A program made the position numbers and the translations under genes. Shown one piece after another: positions 54,740 to 64,000 of a stretch of DNA of 64,000 nucleotides; within the stretch, counting starts at the first letter, position 1; every line of letters begins with the position of its first letter. The stretch lies in contig CAVUFW010000007.1 in NCBI GenBank assembly GCA_963740965.1, positions 44,027 through 108,026 of the forward strand, written 5' to 3'. Origin of the DNA: an uncultured Alphaproteobacteria bacterium. Its GTDB lineage: Bacteria > Pseudomonadota > Alphaproteobacteria > Sphingomonadales > Sphingomonadaceae. The notes under the pieces are model-generated. The model was not told where the DNA came from, made no database searches, and worked only from the letters and a program-made list of their open reading frames with translations.

Positions 54740-55716
54740 TGCGTTCGGGTCACGGTGCGAGCATCACTTACCTGCGGCTGTCGGTGACCGACCGGTGCGA
54801 CCTGCGATGCGCCTATTGCATGCCCGAGCGAATGGAATTTCTACCGCGATCAGAAATACTTACCATCGAAGAGCTGGATCGGCTGGCAAGCCTGTTCGTG
54901 GCCATGGGAATCACCAAGCTGCGCCTCACGGGGGGCGAGCCGCTGGTTCGCAAGGGTTTCGTCGAGCTGGTCGAGGGGCTGTCGCGGCATCTCGGGCGCG
55001 GGCTCGACGAGATCGCAATCACCACCAACGGTACGCGGCTGGCCGAATTCGCCGCGCCGCTGGCCCGCAGCGGGGTCAAGCGGATCAATGTGTCGATCGA
55101 CAGCCTAGACCCCGGAACCTACGCGCGGATCACACGCGGCGGTGACATCGGGCGTGCGATCGCGGGGGTCGATGCGGCGCTGGCGGCGGGGATGGCGGTC
55201 AAGATCAACGTCGTCGCGCTGAAGCAGGACAATCTGGAGGAGGTGGTCACACTGGCCGAGTGGGCGCACGCGCGCGGCGCGGCGATCAGCTTCATCGAAG
55301 TGATGCCGCTGGGCACGGTCGAGGCCAAGAGGATCGACCAGCATGTGCCGATGATGGCGGTGCGCGAGCGGCTGGCGGGGCGCTGGACGCTCAGTCCGGA
55401 CCGTCTCGATACCGGCGGTCCGGCGCGCTACGTGCGAACCGATGCGGGCGGATTGATCGGGTTTATCACCCCGCTGAGCGACAATTTCTGCGGGTCGTGC
55501 AACCGGGTGCGGGTAACCTGCACTGGGCAGCTCTACCCCTGCCTGGGGGATGCCGGGCGCGTCGACCTTCGCGAGCTGTTGCGCAGCGGGGACGATGCGG
55601 CGCTGCGTGAGGCGATCGGCGGCGCAATCCACCGCAAGCCGGCGCGCCACGACTTCGCCATCGCCGCCGCGGGAACGCGCGGGGTCGACCGGCACATGTC
55701 GGTGACCGGCGGGTGA
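54736..55716 (+). CDS. moaA: GTP 3',8-cyclase (radical SAM)
   Basis: The radical-SAM cluster motif is VTDRCDLRCAYCMP. The C-terminal second cluster is FCGSCNRVRVTCTGQLYPCL. The start is GTG at 54736 or ATG at 54739, overlapping the TauE stop. Confidence 0.93.
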   Translation: MMRSGHGASITYLRLSVTDRCDLRCAYCMPERMEFLPRSEILTIEELDRLASLFVAMGITKLRLTGGEPLVRKGFVELVEGLSRHLGRGLDEIAITTNGTRLAEFAAPLARSGVKRINVSIDSLDPGTYARITRGGDIGRAIAGVDAALAAGMAVKINVVALKQDNLEEVVTLAEWAHARGAAISFIEVMPLGTVEAKRIDQHVPMMAVRERLAGRWTLSPDRLDTGGPARYVRTDAGGLIGFITPLSDNFCGSCNRVRVTCTGQLYPCLGDAGRVDLRELLRSGDDAALREAIGGAIHRKPARHDFAIAAAGTRGVDRHMSVTGG

Positions 55717-55949
55717 AGCTGACGTTCTTCGGACGGCTGCGCGACGAGATCGGCATGCATGAGTTCTATTGTTCACCACCCGAAACAATTGCCGATAGCG
55801 AATCGTTGCGTGCGTGGATCGGCGAACAATACTCGCCCGTGCTCGACCGCAAGATCCAGCTGGCGATCGACGGGGTGCTGGCGCGCGGTGCGGTGCCGAT
55901 CGCTGGCGTGCGGGAGGTGGCGTTCCTGCCGCCGGTCAGCGGCGGATGA
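55713..55949 (+). CDS. moaD: Molybdopterin synthase sulfur-carrier subunit
   Basis: The 78-aa ubiquitin-like protein ends in the obligatory Gly-Gly (PPVSGG). It is flanked by moaA and moaE with 4-nt overlaps. Confidence 0.85.
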   Translation: MKLTFFGRLRDEIGMHEFYCSPPETIADSESLRAWIGEQYSPVLDRKIQLAIDGVLARGAVPIAGVREVAFLPPVSGG

Positions 55950-56392
55950 GCTTCATCTCCGCCGATCCGATCGATACGGTCGCCCTGCTGGAAACCTTCA
56001 CCGCGCGAACGAAAGGATCCGGGGCGATCGTCAGCTTCACCGGCGTCGTGCGCAGCGATGATGCGGTGCGGTTACTGTGGCTGGATCATCACCCAGCCCT
56101 AACCGAGGCCAGCATCGCGACGATTGCGGCAGATACGCGAGACAGGTTCGCGATCGACGATCTGCTGATCGTTCACCGCATCGGGGGAGTCGGCGCGGGC
56201 GACCCGGTGGTGTTCGTCGCCGCGTCGGCCCGCCATCGCCGTGCCGCCTTCGACGCGGTTGACCAGATGATGGACCGATTGAAGACAGACGCCATTTTTT
56301 GGAAGCGCGAAACACGCGACGATGGAGTAAGCTGGATCGAGGCGCGGCGGCAAGATCATGTCGACCGCGCGCGATGGGGGAAGGACGCATGA
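55946..56392 (+). CDS. moaE: Molybdopterin synthase catalytic subunit
   Basis: The ATG at 55946 gives MSFISADPIDTVALLETF...GAIVSFTGVVR...VFVAASARHRRAAFDAVDQMMDRLKTDAIFWKRE. This is MoaE-like. Confidence 0.9.
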   Translation: MSFISADPIDTVALLETFTARTKGSGAIVSFTGVVRSDDAVRLLWLDHHPALTEASIATIAADTRDRFAIDDLLIVHRIGGVGAGDPVVFVAASARHRRAAFDAVDQMMDRLKTDAIFWKRETRDDGVSWIEARRQDHVDRARWGKDA

Positions 56393-56895
56393 GTGAACGG
56401 CAGGTCGGCATCGCCATCATGACCGTGTCCGACACGCGGACCAAATTGACCGACACATCGGGTGGTTATCTGGTCGGCGCGGTCGAAGCGGCGGGACATC
56501 GGCTGGCGGCGCGAGCGATCGTGCCCGACGCCATCGAGGCAATCCGCGCCGCGGCGCAGGAATGGATCGACGAACCGATGGTGGACGTGATCATTACCAC
56601 CGGTGGCACCGGCCTGACGGGTCGCGACGTGACGCCGGAGGCGATGCAGCCGTTGTTCGACAAGACGATCGACGGCTTTTCGGCCATGTTCCACCGGGTG
56701 AGCTTCGACAAGATCGGCCTGTCGACGATGCAGTCGCGCGCCTGCGCCGGAATCGCCAACGGCACCTTCGTCTTTTGCCTTCCCGGATCGGGTGGCGCCG
56801 TCCGCGACGGATGGAGCGTGATCGGACCCCAGCTGGAGCGAACCACCAAGCCGTGCAATTTCGTCGAGATCATGCCGCGCCTGATGGAACGCTAA
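56389..56895 (+). CDS. moaB: Molybdenum cofactor biosynthesis protein B (MoaB/MogA fold)
   Basis: The sequence is [17 protein letters not shown]...[19 protein letters not shown]...[10 protein letters not shown]. The ATGA overlaps the moaE stop. Confidence 0.88.
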   Translation: MSERQVGIAIMTVSDTRTKLTDTSGGYLVGAVEAAGHRLAARAIVPDAIEAIRAAAQEWIDEPMVDVIITTGGTGLTGRDVTPEAMQPLFDKTIDGFSAMFHRVSFDKIGLSTMQSRACAGIANGTFVFCLPGSGGAVRDGWSVIGPQLERTTKPCNFVEIMPRLMER

Positions 56896-56897
56896 GC

Positions 56898-57365
56898 ATG
56901 GCCGGTGCGCATTTCGATGCCGACGGGCGGGCGCACATGGTGGATGTGTCGGCAAAGCCCGAAACGCATCGCGAAGCAAGCGCGCGCGGCCGGGTACGGA
57001 TGGACAAAGCGACGCTTGATGCGGTCGGCGACGCCGCCAAGGGGGACGTGATCGCGGTCGCCGAGTTGGCCGGGATCATGGCCGCCAAGCAGACGGGTAC
57101 GTTGATCCCCTTGTGCCACCCCATCGGCCTTGATTCGGTGACGGTGCGGATCGATCCCGACATCTCCCTGCCCGGCCTGACGGTCACCGCCGAGGCGCGC
57201 TGCACCGGGCGGACGGGGGTCGAGATGGAAGCGATGACCGCGGTGTCGGTCGCCTGCCTGACCATTTACGACATGCTGAAAGCGATCGATCGCGGTATGA
57301 GCATCGAGGCGGTCGAGCTGATCGCCAAATCGGGCGGCAAGTCGGGCGACTGGCGCAGAAGCTGA
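56898..57365 (+). CDS. moaC: Cyclic pyranopterin monophosphate synthase
   Basis: The MoaC signature is [14 protein letters not shown]...[28 protein letters not shown]...[20 protein letters not shown]. Confidence 0.93.
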   Translation: MAGAHFDADGRAHMVDVSAKPETHREASARGRVRMDKATLDAVGDAAKGDVIAVAELAGIMAAKQTGTLIPLCHPIGLDSVTVRIDPDISLPGLTVTAEARCTGRTGVEMEAMTAVSVACLTIYDMLKAIDRGMSIEAVELIAKSGGKSGDWRRS

Positions 57366-57374
57366 TCGATTGTT

Positions 57375-58553
57375 CTAGAACGCGAGTGCGCGAACCATCG
57401 TCCCGGCATCGAGCGGCCCTTGATTGGCGGGACAGCGAATCAGCCAGTCGGCGTGGCCGAGCGCGCGCTGGGCGCCGGAATCCTGATTGGCGACGGGGTG
57501 CAGTCGACCATCGATCATGGTGGCGCGCAGAAAGGTTTCGCGGTCCCCGGTGCTGGGGATCGGAGCGGCCGATGGAATCCCGATCCATTGCAACACCGGT
57601 GGCGTCTGCTGTCCGAGCAGCCGGGCAACGAGCGGCGCGAGCAGTAATCGCGCGGTGACCAGCGCTGAACCGGGATTGCCGGGAAGTCCCATCACCAGCG
57701 TCGAACCAATGCGGCCCAGCCAGACCGGCTTGCCGGGCTTGATTGCCACCTTCGAGAACAGGATTTCCATCCCGAGCGGCGCGAACATCGCCTTGGCATG
57801 ATCGCGCGCGCCGACCGATGCACCGCCGGTGACCACGACCAGATCGGCGACGGCGACCGCGTCGGAGGCGGCCCGCTCGAGCGCCGGCAAATCGTCGTCG
57901 AGCAATCGGTGGCCCAGGACGTCGGTGCCCATCGCGCCGAGCATCGTGGCAAGGCCGAGACCGATGCTGTCGGGGATGGAATCCACGTCGAGAGGCGCGC
58001 CGGGCGCGCGCAACTCGTCGCCGGTGGCAATGGTCACGACGCGCGGGCGGCGGGCGACCTCGACCCGGTCGGCGCCGGCACCAGCGGCCGCCACCAGACC
58101 TCCAGGAGTCATTCGCACGCCGACATCAACGACGATATCGCTGGTTTTGAAATCGCTGCCTTTCGCGCGGACGAATGACGTGGTGGACGAGTCCACGATG
58201 GTCATCCGATCACCGTCGATCAGGACATTTTCCTGTATCGCCACGCGGGTCGCGCCGTCGGGCAGCGCCGCGCCGGTGAAGATCCGCACCGCCTGCCCGG
58301 CACCGACCGCGCCGCCGAACCGCCCACCGGCGGCCGACGTGCCGATCACGTCGAAGGTTTTGTCCTCTTCCGCACCGCCGATCGCGTAGCCGTCCATCAT
58401 CGACACGTCGGATCGCGGGCTGTCGAACGTCGCGACGACTGGCGAACGGAGCACGCGACCGGCGGCGGCGGCCAGCGGCAATTGCTCCGATCCGGCCAGC
58501 GCCGACACGCCGGTGACGATTGCCAGGGCCTCGTCGAAATCGATCGGTCGCAT
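57375..58553 (-). CDS. moeA: Molybdopterin molybdotransferase
   Basis: The 392-aa ORF has a MoeA N-terminal region (SPRSDVSMMDGYAI) and an MPT-binding domain (VVTGGASVGARDH). It is convergent with moaC, with a 9-nt gap. Confidence 0.9.
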   Translation of the reverse strand: MRPIDFDEALAIVTGVSALAGSEQLPLAAAAGRVLRSPVVATFDSPRSDVSMMDGYAIGGAEEDKTFDVIGTSAAGGRFGGAVGAGQAVRIFTGAALPDGATRVAIQENVLIDGDRMTIVDSSTTSFVRAKGSDFKTSDIVVDVGVRMTPGGLVAAAGAGADRVEVARRPRVVTIATGDELRAPGAPLDVDSIPDSIGLGLATMLGAMGTDVLGHRLLDDDLPALERAASDAVAVADLVVVTGGASVGARDHAKAMFAPLGMEILFSKVAIKPGKPVWLGRIGSTLVMGLPGNPGSALVTARLLLAPLVARLLGQQTPPVLQWIGIPSAAPIPSTGDRETFLRATMIDGRLHPVANQDSGAQRALGHADWLIRCPANQGPLDAGTMVRALAF

Positions 58554-58712
58554 CGGTGCACGTTCCTGTCGGATGGTCGATCATCGCTAGCGCGTGGCGG
58601 CCCGCGCCCGCAAGGCAGCGAACGTTATTCCATCGGGCGATGGGCTAAAGTCCTTGCGTGTTCGCGCGCAATCCGGTCCTTTCCCAATCCGGATCCGTTT
58701 TGCGCGAGGCAA

Positions 58713-60038
58713 ATGAAGTCGATGGCCGTCACCTCCGCCGCCTTGCCGCCAGCCGACACCGGCACAGAAAGCACCGACGCCCCCGAACTTCGCCTGTTCG
58801 TGATGGCGTTGTTCTTCATCTTCGGCGGGATCACCAGCCTCAACGACGTCGTCATCCCCAAGCTGAAGGAGCTGTTCACGCTCAGCTACACGCAGGCGAT
58901 GCTAGTGCAGTTCTGCTTCTTCACCGCATATCTGGTGATCGGCATTCCCGGCGCGCAACTGGTCAAACGTATCGGCTACATGCGCGGCGCGATGGCGGGG
59001 CTGCTGATCATGATGGTTGGGTGCCTGCTGTTCATCCCGGCATCGCAAACCGCGACCTACGGCCTGTTCCTATTCGCCTTGTTCGTGCTGGCGAGCGGGG
59101 TGGTCATTGTCCAGGTGGTGGCCAATCCGCTGATCAGCCTGCTCGGGCCCGCCAGGACGGTGCACAGCCGGCTTACCTTCGCGCAGGCGTTCAACAGTCT
59201 GGGCACGACGATCTTTCCGATCGTCGGGTCGGCGCTAATCCTCGGCGGACTAGCGGCGGTGTCGGCATCGCAATTGTCGGGCGCCCGGCTGGACGCCTAT
59301 CGCACCGCGGAGACCGGCGTGATCGTGAAGACCTATATCGTCCTGGCCATCGCGCTGGCGGTGGTCGCGCTGGCGGTATTCCTGTTCCGTAACCGGCTGA
59401 AGGGCGAGCAGCACGACCATAGCGCGCTGCTCGACGGATTTGCGCTGCTCAAGCGTCCGCGCTTCGGGCTCGGAACGATGTGCATCTTCCTTTACGTCGG
59501 CGCCGAGGTGTCGATCGGTTCGTTGATCGTCAATTATCTCCAGCAGGCCCAGGTGATGGGGCTCGACGCGGCATCGGCCGGATCGTTGATTTTCATCTAC
59601 TGGCTGGGGGCGATGATCGGGCGGTTCATAGGCTCCTATTTCCTGCGTATCGTCAGCCCCGGGCTGATCCTGGCCGGGGTGGCGATCGGCGCCATCGCGC
59701 TGATCCTGATATCGATCAGCACCACTGGAACGATCGCGGGATATAGCCTGCTGGTGATCGGGCTGATGAATTCGATCATGTTCCCGACCATCTTCAGTCT
59801 CGCCTCCGAAGGGCTTGGATCGCGCACCGCTGATGGATCTGGAATCATCAACATGGCAATTTTCGGCGGGGCGGTGGTGCCGCTGCTCACGGGGATCGTC
59901 GCGGACACGTCGGGTAGCCTGGCGATCGCCTTGCTGCTGCCCGCCGCCTGCTACGCGGTGATCGCCTATTTCGGCCTGTTCGCGCGGCGGACGGCGGCTC
60001 AGCTAGCGGGATCGACCCCGCCGCCAAGCGCGACGTAG
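58713..60038 (+). CDS. Sugar MFS transporter of the FucP/GluP (fucose or glucose/galactose:H+ symporter) family
   Basis: The ATG at 58713 gives MKSMAVTS...LRLFVMALFFIFGGITSLNDVVIPKLKELFTLSYTQAMLVQFCFFTAYLV. This is the typical FucP/GluP N-terminus, and about 12 TM segments follow. Confidence 0.85.
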   Translation: MKSMAVTSAALPPADTGTESTDAPELRLFVMALFFIFGGITSLNDVVIPKLKELFTLSYTQAMLVQFCFFTAYLVIGIPGAQLVKRIGYMRGAMAGLLIMMVGCLLFIPASQTATYGLFLFALFVLASGVVIVQVVANPLISLLGPARTVHSRLTFAQAFNSLGTTIFPIVGSALILGGLAAVSASQLSGARLDAYRTAETGVIVKTYIVLAIALAVVALAVFLFRNRLKGEQHDHSALLDGFALLKRPRFGLGTMCIFLYVGAEVSIGSLIVNYLQQAQVMGLDAASAGSLIFIYWLGAMIGRFIGSYFLRIVSPGLILAGVAIGAIALILISISTTGTIAGYSLLVIGLMNSIMFPTIFSLASEGLGSRTADGSGIINMAIFGGAVVPLLTGIVADTSGSLAIALLLPAACYAVIAYFGLFARRTAAQLAGSTPPPSAT

Positions 60039-61390
60039 AGATTGACCGCGTTGGTCAGCTGCTCGCGCCGGGTGGCGACGGTCTGCTGCTCGGCGGCGAA
60101 CAGGTCGCGCTCGGCATCCAGCACCTCGAGATAATTGGCGACCCCGTTGCGATAGCGGAGCGTGGCGAGGTTGGCCCGGACCCGCTGGGCGGCCAACTCA
60201 CGCTGTTGAGAGGCCATCCGCTCCATCAGCCAGCGACGCGCGACCAGGGCATCGGATACTTCGCGAAAGCCGCTCTGGATGGCGCGCTCGTAGCTGGCGA
60301 TGGCGATCCCCTGCCGCGCGTTGGCGACGTCGACATTGGCGCGGCCGCGGCCACCGTCGAACAAGGGGAAATCGACGTTGCCGCCAAGCGACCCGGTCAG
60401 CGCGCCGCCGCTCAGCAGCGACGATAAGGCGTTGCTGGCGAAGCCCAGTGCCGCGGTCAGGCTGATGCGCGGGAAGCGAGCAGCGCGGGCGGCGCCGACG
60501 TCGGCATTGGCGGCGCGGAGCAGTTCCTCGGCTTGCAGGATGTCGGGGCGGTTGAGCAGCAGGTCGGACGGGAGGCCGGGGGTGATATTCTCGACGATCC
60601 CCTGCGCATCGAGCGGAAGCGGCGCGGGCAGCGGCGTCGACAATGGCGCACCGACGAGCAATTCGAGGAAATTGCGGTTCTGCGCCCGCTGCAACTGGAG
60701 GTTGGAGCGCTCGGTTTGCGCCTGGGTCAGCAGCACCTCGGTCTGGCGATAGTCGAGGCCCGAGGTGACCCCGGCGTCGAGCCTGAGCTTGGCGATCTGC
60801 AATGCTTTGGTGCGGCTGGCAACGGCGCGATCGGCGAGCGCGATCCGGTCGTCGAGCTCGCGATCGTTGAGATAGGCTTCGGCGACGTCGGCGACGAGGC
60901 TGATCTGGAACGCGCGCCGGGCATAAGCGGTGGCGAGATAGTTGGCCCGCGCGGATTCGGTAAGGCTGCGCACGCGGCCCCAGAAGTCGAGCTCGAACGA
61001 GGCGACCGAGGCGCCGATGTCGAACCGGTTGGCGGTGATCGAAGGGCCCTGGCCGAGCTCGCCCGAGGTCCGGGTGCGGGTCGCGCTGCCGTTGAGATCG
61101 ACGTTGGGCACACGGTCGGCGCGCTGGATGCGATACTGGCCGCGCGCTTCCTCGATCCGAAGCACCGCCACGCGCAGGTCGCGATTGTTGACCAGCGCCC
61201 GCTCGATGAGCGCCTGCAATTGCGGGTCGCGGAAAAAGGATCGCCAACCGATCTCGGTCGCGCGCGGACCGGGCTGGCCGGTCGCGCCGGTGAAGACGGG
61301 CGCGGTCGGAAGGCCGGGCTGGAGATAGGGCGGGTTCTGCGAGCAGCCGACAAGCAGCGCCGCGAAGACGAAGGGGGCGGCGTTACGCAT
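59999..61390 (-). CDS. RND efflux outer-membrane factor lipoprotein (NodT/OprM family)
   Basis: The ATG at 61390 gives MRNAAPFVFAALLVGCSQ, which contains a lipobox. Two OEP repeats are present. The start overlaps the stop of the upstream RND permease gene. Confidence 0.88.
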   Translation of the reverse strand: MRNAAPFVFAALLVGCSQNPPYLQPGLPTAPVFTGATGQPGPRATEIGWRSFFRDPQLQALIERALVNNRDLRVAVLRIEEARGQYRIQRADRVPNVDLNGSATRTRTSGELGQGPSITANRFDIGASVASFELDFWGRVRSLTESARANYLATAYARRAFQISLVADVAEAYLNDRELDDRIALADRAVASRTKALQIAKLRLDAGVTSGLDYRQTEVLLTQAQTERSNLQLQRAQNRNFLELLVGAPLSTPLPAPLPLDAQGIVENITPGLPSDLLLNRPDILQAEELLRAANADVGAARAARFPRISLTAALGFASNALSSLLSGGALTGSLGGNVDFPLFDGGRGRANVDVANARQGIAIASYERAIQSGFREVSDALVARRWLMERMASQQRELAAQRVRANLATLRYRNGVANYLEVLDAERDLFAAEQQTVATRREQLTNAVNLYVALGGGVDPAS

Positions 61391-64000
61391 TGGCGGGGAC
61401 TTCCTCGGGCGGTGGGGTCGGTCCGGCGCGCCGTCGCTCGGCAAGCCGTGCCAGGAGGGTGCGGACGACCACGTAGAACAACGGAATGAACAGCACGCCA
61501 AGCAGGGTCGCGGTAATCATCCCGCCCATCACGCCGGTGCCGAGCGCGCGCCGTCCGGCCGCGCCCGCGCCGCTGCTGATGACCAGCGGCAGCACGCCGA
61601 GGATGAAGGCCATTGAGGTCATCAGGATCGGCCGGAACCGAAGCCGCACCGCCTCCATCGTCGCGTCGATTACCGACTTGCCCTCCTGTTCCTCCAGGTC
61701 CTTCGCATATTCGACGATCAGGATGGCGTTCTTCGCGCTCAGGCCGATGATGGTGATGATGCCGATGTTAAAATAGACGTCCATCGGCATCCCGCGGATG
61801 AGGCCGAACAACAGCGCGCCGAGCACGCCGAGCGGCACCACCAGCAGCACCGCGACCGGGATCGACCAGCTTTCATAGAGCGCGGCAAGCAGCAGGAACA
61901 CGACCAGCAATGAAAGACCGAGCAGCAATGGCACCTGCGATCCGGCCTGCTGCTCCTCGAGCGACAATCCGGTCCATTCGTAGCCGATCCCGGGAGGCAG
62001 CTGGCCCGCGAACTTAGCCATTTCGGCCATCGCCGCGCCGGTCGACTGGCCGGGCGCGGCATCGCCGGCAAGGCTCATCGAGGGAAAGCCGTTATAGCGC
62101 TGAAGCTGCGGCGAACCGGTCTGCCAGGTGGCGGTGGTGAAGGCGGAGAAAGGCACCATCCCGCCGGTCGCGTTGCGCACCTGAAGGCGCAAGATGTCCT
62201 CCGGCGTCATGCGCTGCGGCGCGTCTGCCTGGAGCAGCACGCGAAGCACGCTGCCTTCGCGGTTGAAGTCGTTGGCATAGGCCGAGCCGAACGCGATCGA
62301 CAGCGTGTCGTTAATGTCCTGGATCTGCACCCCGAGCGAGCGCGCCTTGATACGGTCGACCGACACCTTGAGCTGCGGACTGTCGTCCAGTCCTTCGGGA
62401 CGGACGCCGACGACGACCTTGGACTGGCCGGCCATGCCCAGCATCTGGTTGCGCGCGTCGAGCAATTTCTGGTGGCCGAGGCCGCCCTTGTCCTGCAGCC
62501 GCATCGCGAAGCCGGTCGAATTGCCAAGCTCGGGAATGGACGGCGGGGCGAGCGAAAAGATCATCGCGTTGACCGATCCGCCGAGCGCGCCCATCGATTT
62601 GCCGGCCAGCGCGGAGGCGCTGTTCTCGGCCCCCTTGCGGTCGCCCCATGGCTTCAACGGCACGAACACGATCGCCGCATTCTGGCCCGATCCGAAGAAA
62701 CTGAAACCGAGCACGCTGATCACCTGGCGGACCTGCGGCTGGGCCATGAAGAAACCTTCGACCTCATCGACCGCCAATTGGGTCCGCTCCCGCGTCGCGC
62801 CCGGCGGCGCTTGGACGACGGTGATGATGTAGCCCTGATCCTCCTCGGGCAGGAACGAGGTCGCCACCGACATGTAGATCACGCCGACCAGCGCCACGAG
62901 CGCGGCGAATACGGCCATCCAGCGCCGGCGATGCGAGACGACCTTGCCGACCGTTCCTTCATAGCGATCGGTGGTGCGCGCAAAGCCGCGATTGAACCGC
63001 GCGAAGAAACCACGCCCCTCGGTAGTGTGTGAGCTCGGCTTGAGCAGGGTGGCGCACAAGGCCGGGGTCAAGGTCAGGGCCAACAGGGCCGAGAAGGCTA
63101 GCGAAAAAGCGAGCGTGACCGAGAAATTGCGGTAAATGCCGCCGGTCGATCCGGGGAAGAAGGCCATCGGCACGAACACCGCGATCAGTACCAGCGTAAT
63201 GCCGATGATCGGGCTGACGATCTGTCCCATCGCCTTGTAGGTGGCGTCCTTCGGCGAAAGGCCTTCCTCGGCCATGATCCGCTCGACATTTTCGATCACG
63301 ACGATGGCGTCGTCGACCAGAATGCCGATCGCCAGCACCATGCCGAACAGGGTCAGCACGTTGATCGAATAGCCCATGACGAAGAGACCGAGGCAGGCAC
63401 CGAGCAGCGCCACCGGGACGACGATCGTCGGGATGATGGTGGCGCGAATGTTCTGCAGGAAGAGGTACATCACCAGGAAGACAAGGATCATCGCCTCGAC
63501 CAGGGTCTTGACCACTTCCTCGATCGAGATCGAGATGAAGGTCGTGGTGTCGTACGGGATCGAATAGGTGACGCCGGCGGGGAAGCCGGCCTTGAGCACT
63601 TCCATCCGGTCCTTGACGCCTTGTCCGGTGGCCAGCGCGTTGCTGTTGGGGGCAAGCTGAACCGCGATGCCCGCCATCGGCTTAGTGTTGAGCCGCGTGG
63701 TCGTGTCATAGGATGCAGCTCCAAGCTCGACCCGGCCGACGTCGCCCAAGCGGATGCTCGACCCGTCGGGATTGCTGCGGACGATGATTTGGGCAAATTC
63801 CTCAGGGGTCGAATAGCGGCCCTGGGTTACGACGGTGGCGTTGAGCTGCTGCCCGGCGACCGCCGGAAGCGCACCGATCTGGCCGCCCGGGGTCTGGCTA
63901 TTCTGTTCGCGTACCGCGGCCAGCGCTTCGGCCGATGAAAGATTGAATCCGGCGAGCTTTTCGGGATCGAGCCAGATGCGCATCGCATATTCCGACCCGA
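61383..64000 (-). CDS. RND multidrug efflux permease (AcrB/MexB family); 5' part lies outside the window
   Basis: The frame stays open to the window edge (...GSEYAMRIWLDPEKLAGFNLS matches the AcrB region around residue 190). Typical TM blocks are present (VFLFLQNIRATIIPTIVVPV, GLSAKNAILIVEYA). Confidence 0.92.
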   Translation of the reverse strand, partial: GSEYAMRIWLDPEKLAGFNLSSAEALAAVREQNSQTPGGQIGALPAVAGQQLNATVVTQGRYSTPEEFAQIIVRSNPDGSSIRLGDVGRVELGAASYDTTTRLNTKPMAGIAVQLAPNSNALATGQGVKDRMEVLKAGFPAGVTYSIPYDTTTFISISIEEVVKTLVEAMILVFLVMYLFLQNIRATIIPTIVVPVALLGACLGLFVMGYSINVLTLFGMVLAIGILVDDAIVVIENVERIMAEEGLSPKDATYKAMGQIVSPIIGITLVLIAVFVPMAFFPGSTGGIYRNFSVTLAFSLAFSALLALTLTPALCATLLKPSSHTTEGRGFFARFNRGFARTTDRYEGTVGKVVSHRRRWMAVFAALVALVGVIYMSVATSFLPEEDQGYIITVVQAPPGATRERTQLAVDEVEGFFMAQPQVRQVISVLGFSFFGSGQNAAIVFVPLKPWGDRKGAENSASALAGKSMGALGGSVNAMIFSLAPPSIPELGNSTGFAMRLQDKGGLGHQKLLDARNQMLGMAGQSKVVVGVRPEGLDDSPQLKVSVDRIKARSLGVQIQDINDTLSIAFGSAYANDFNREGSVLRVLLQADAPQRMTPEDILRLQVRNATGGMVPFSAFTTATWQTGSPQLQRYNGFPSMSLAGDAAPGQSTGAAMAEMAKFAGQLPPGIGYEWTGLSLEEQQAGSQVPLLLGLSLLVVFLLLAALYESWSIPVAVLLVVPLGVLGALLFGLIRGMPMDVYFNIGIITIIGLSAKNAILIVEYAKDLEEQEGKSVIDATMEAVRLRFRPILMTSMAFILGVLPLVISSGAGAAGRRALGTGVMGGMITATLLGVLFIPLFYVVVRTLLARLAERRRAGPTPPPEEVPANA

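Noticed and set aside
60533-61489. 318-aa plus-strand ORF opposite the outer-membrane factor gene
   Set aside because: It is an antisense shadow. The minus strand encodes the lipobox and OEP repeats.

Overview
This is a high-GC, densely coding chromosomal window. Its gene content reads like a sphingomonad-type alphaproteobacterium; that assignment is an inference from ybgC-tolQRAB-pal, MipZ, class I LysRS, a PAS-HWE kinase, a PEP-CTERM protein and zeaxanthin/nostoxanthin-type crt genes. I can support about 65 protein-coding genes and a few hairpin terminators. I found no rRNA, tRNA, CRISPR array, transposase or integrase.

Gene blocks in order:
- Tol-Pal cluster (1-4.3 kb).
- panC, mipZ and a PMM/PGM gene.
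- A PEP-CTERM protein plus an orphan PAS-HWE kinase.
- A 2OG-oxygenase::DUF1232 fusion.
- A split ligase-associated DNA-damage-response cluster (MBL exonuclease, Lhr-like helicase, PdeM), with no ligase recognised in the window.
- pabB-pabC fusion, M19 and M20 peptidases.
- rpmF-plsX-fabH, ihfA-merR, an XPD/DinG-like helicase, lysK and fhs.
- Tandem DUF885 genes, an orphan 2Fe-2S subunit with an RcnB-like protein, and an FAD-monooxygenase/OYE fusion.
- A TonB-like gene, an L,D-transpeptidase and crtG-crtYIB-crtZ.
- A translationally coupled operon joining a cytochrome b, a Tat-lipoprotein SUOX-fold molybdoenzyme, DUF1223, TauE and moaADEBC.
- A sugar MFS transporter and the 3' part of an RND efflux operon.

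Most notable observations:
- Four conserved genes (tolB, fhs, one DUF885 copy, the TonB-like gene) are each broken by a single-base frame change. This points to either assembly indels or real pseudogenes.
- The Moco-hardwired molybdoenzyme operon is the best candidate for an undescribed functional module.
- The ligase-less, interrupted DNA-damage-response cluster has an extra DEDDh exonuclease next to pdeM.

I saw nothing resembling a known phage-defence or mobile system. All functional calls rest on motif recognition and remembered family knowledge. No database search was run.
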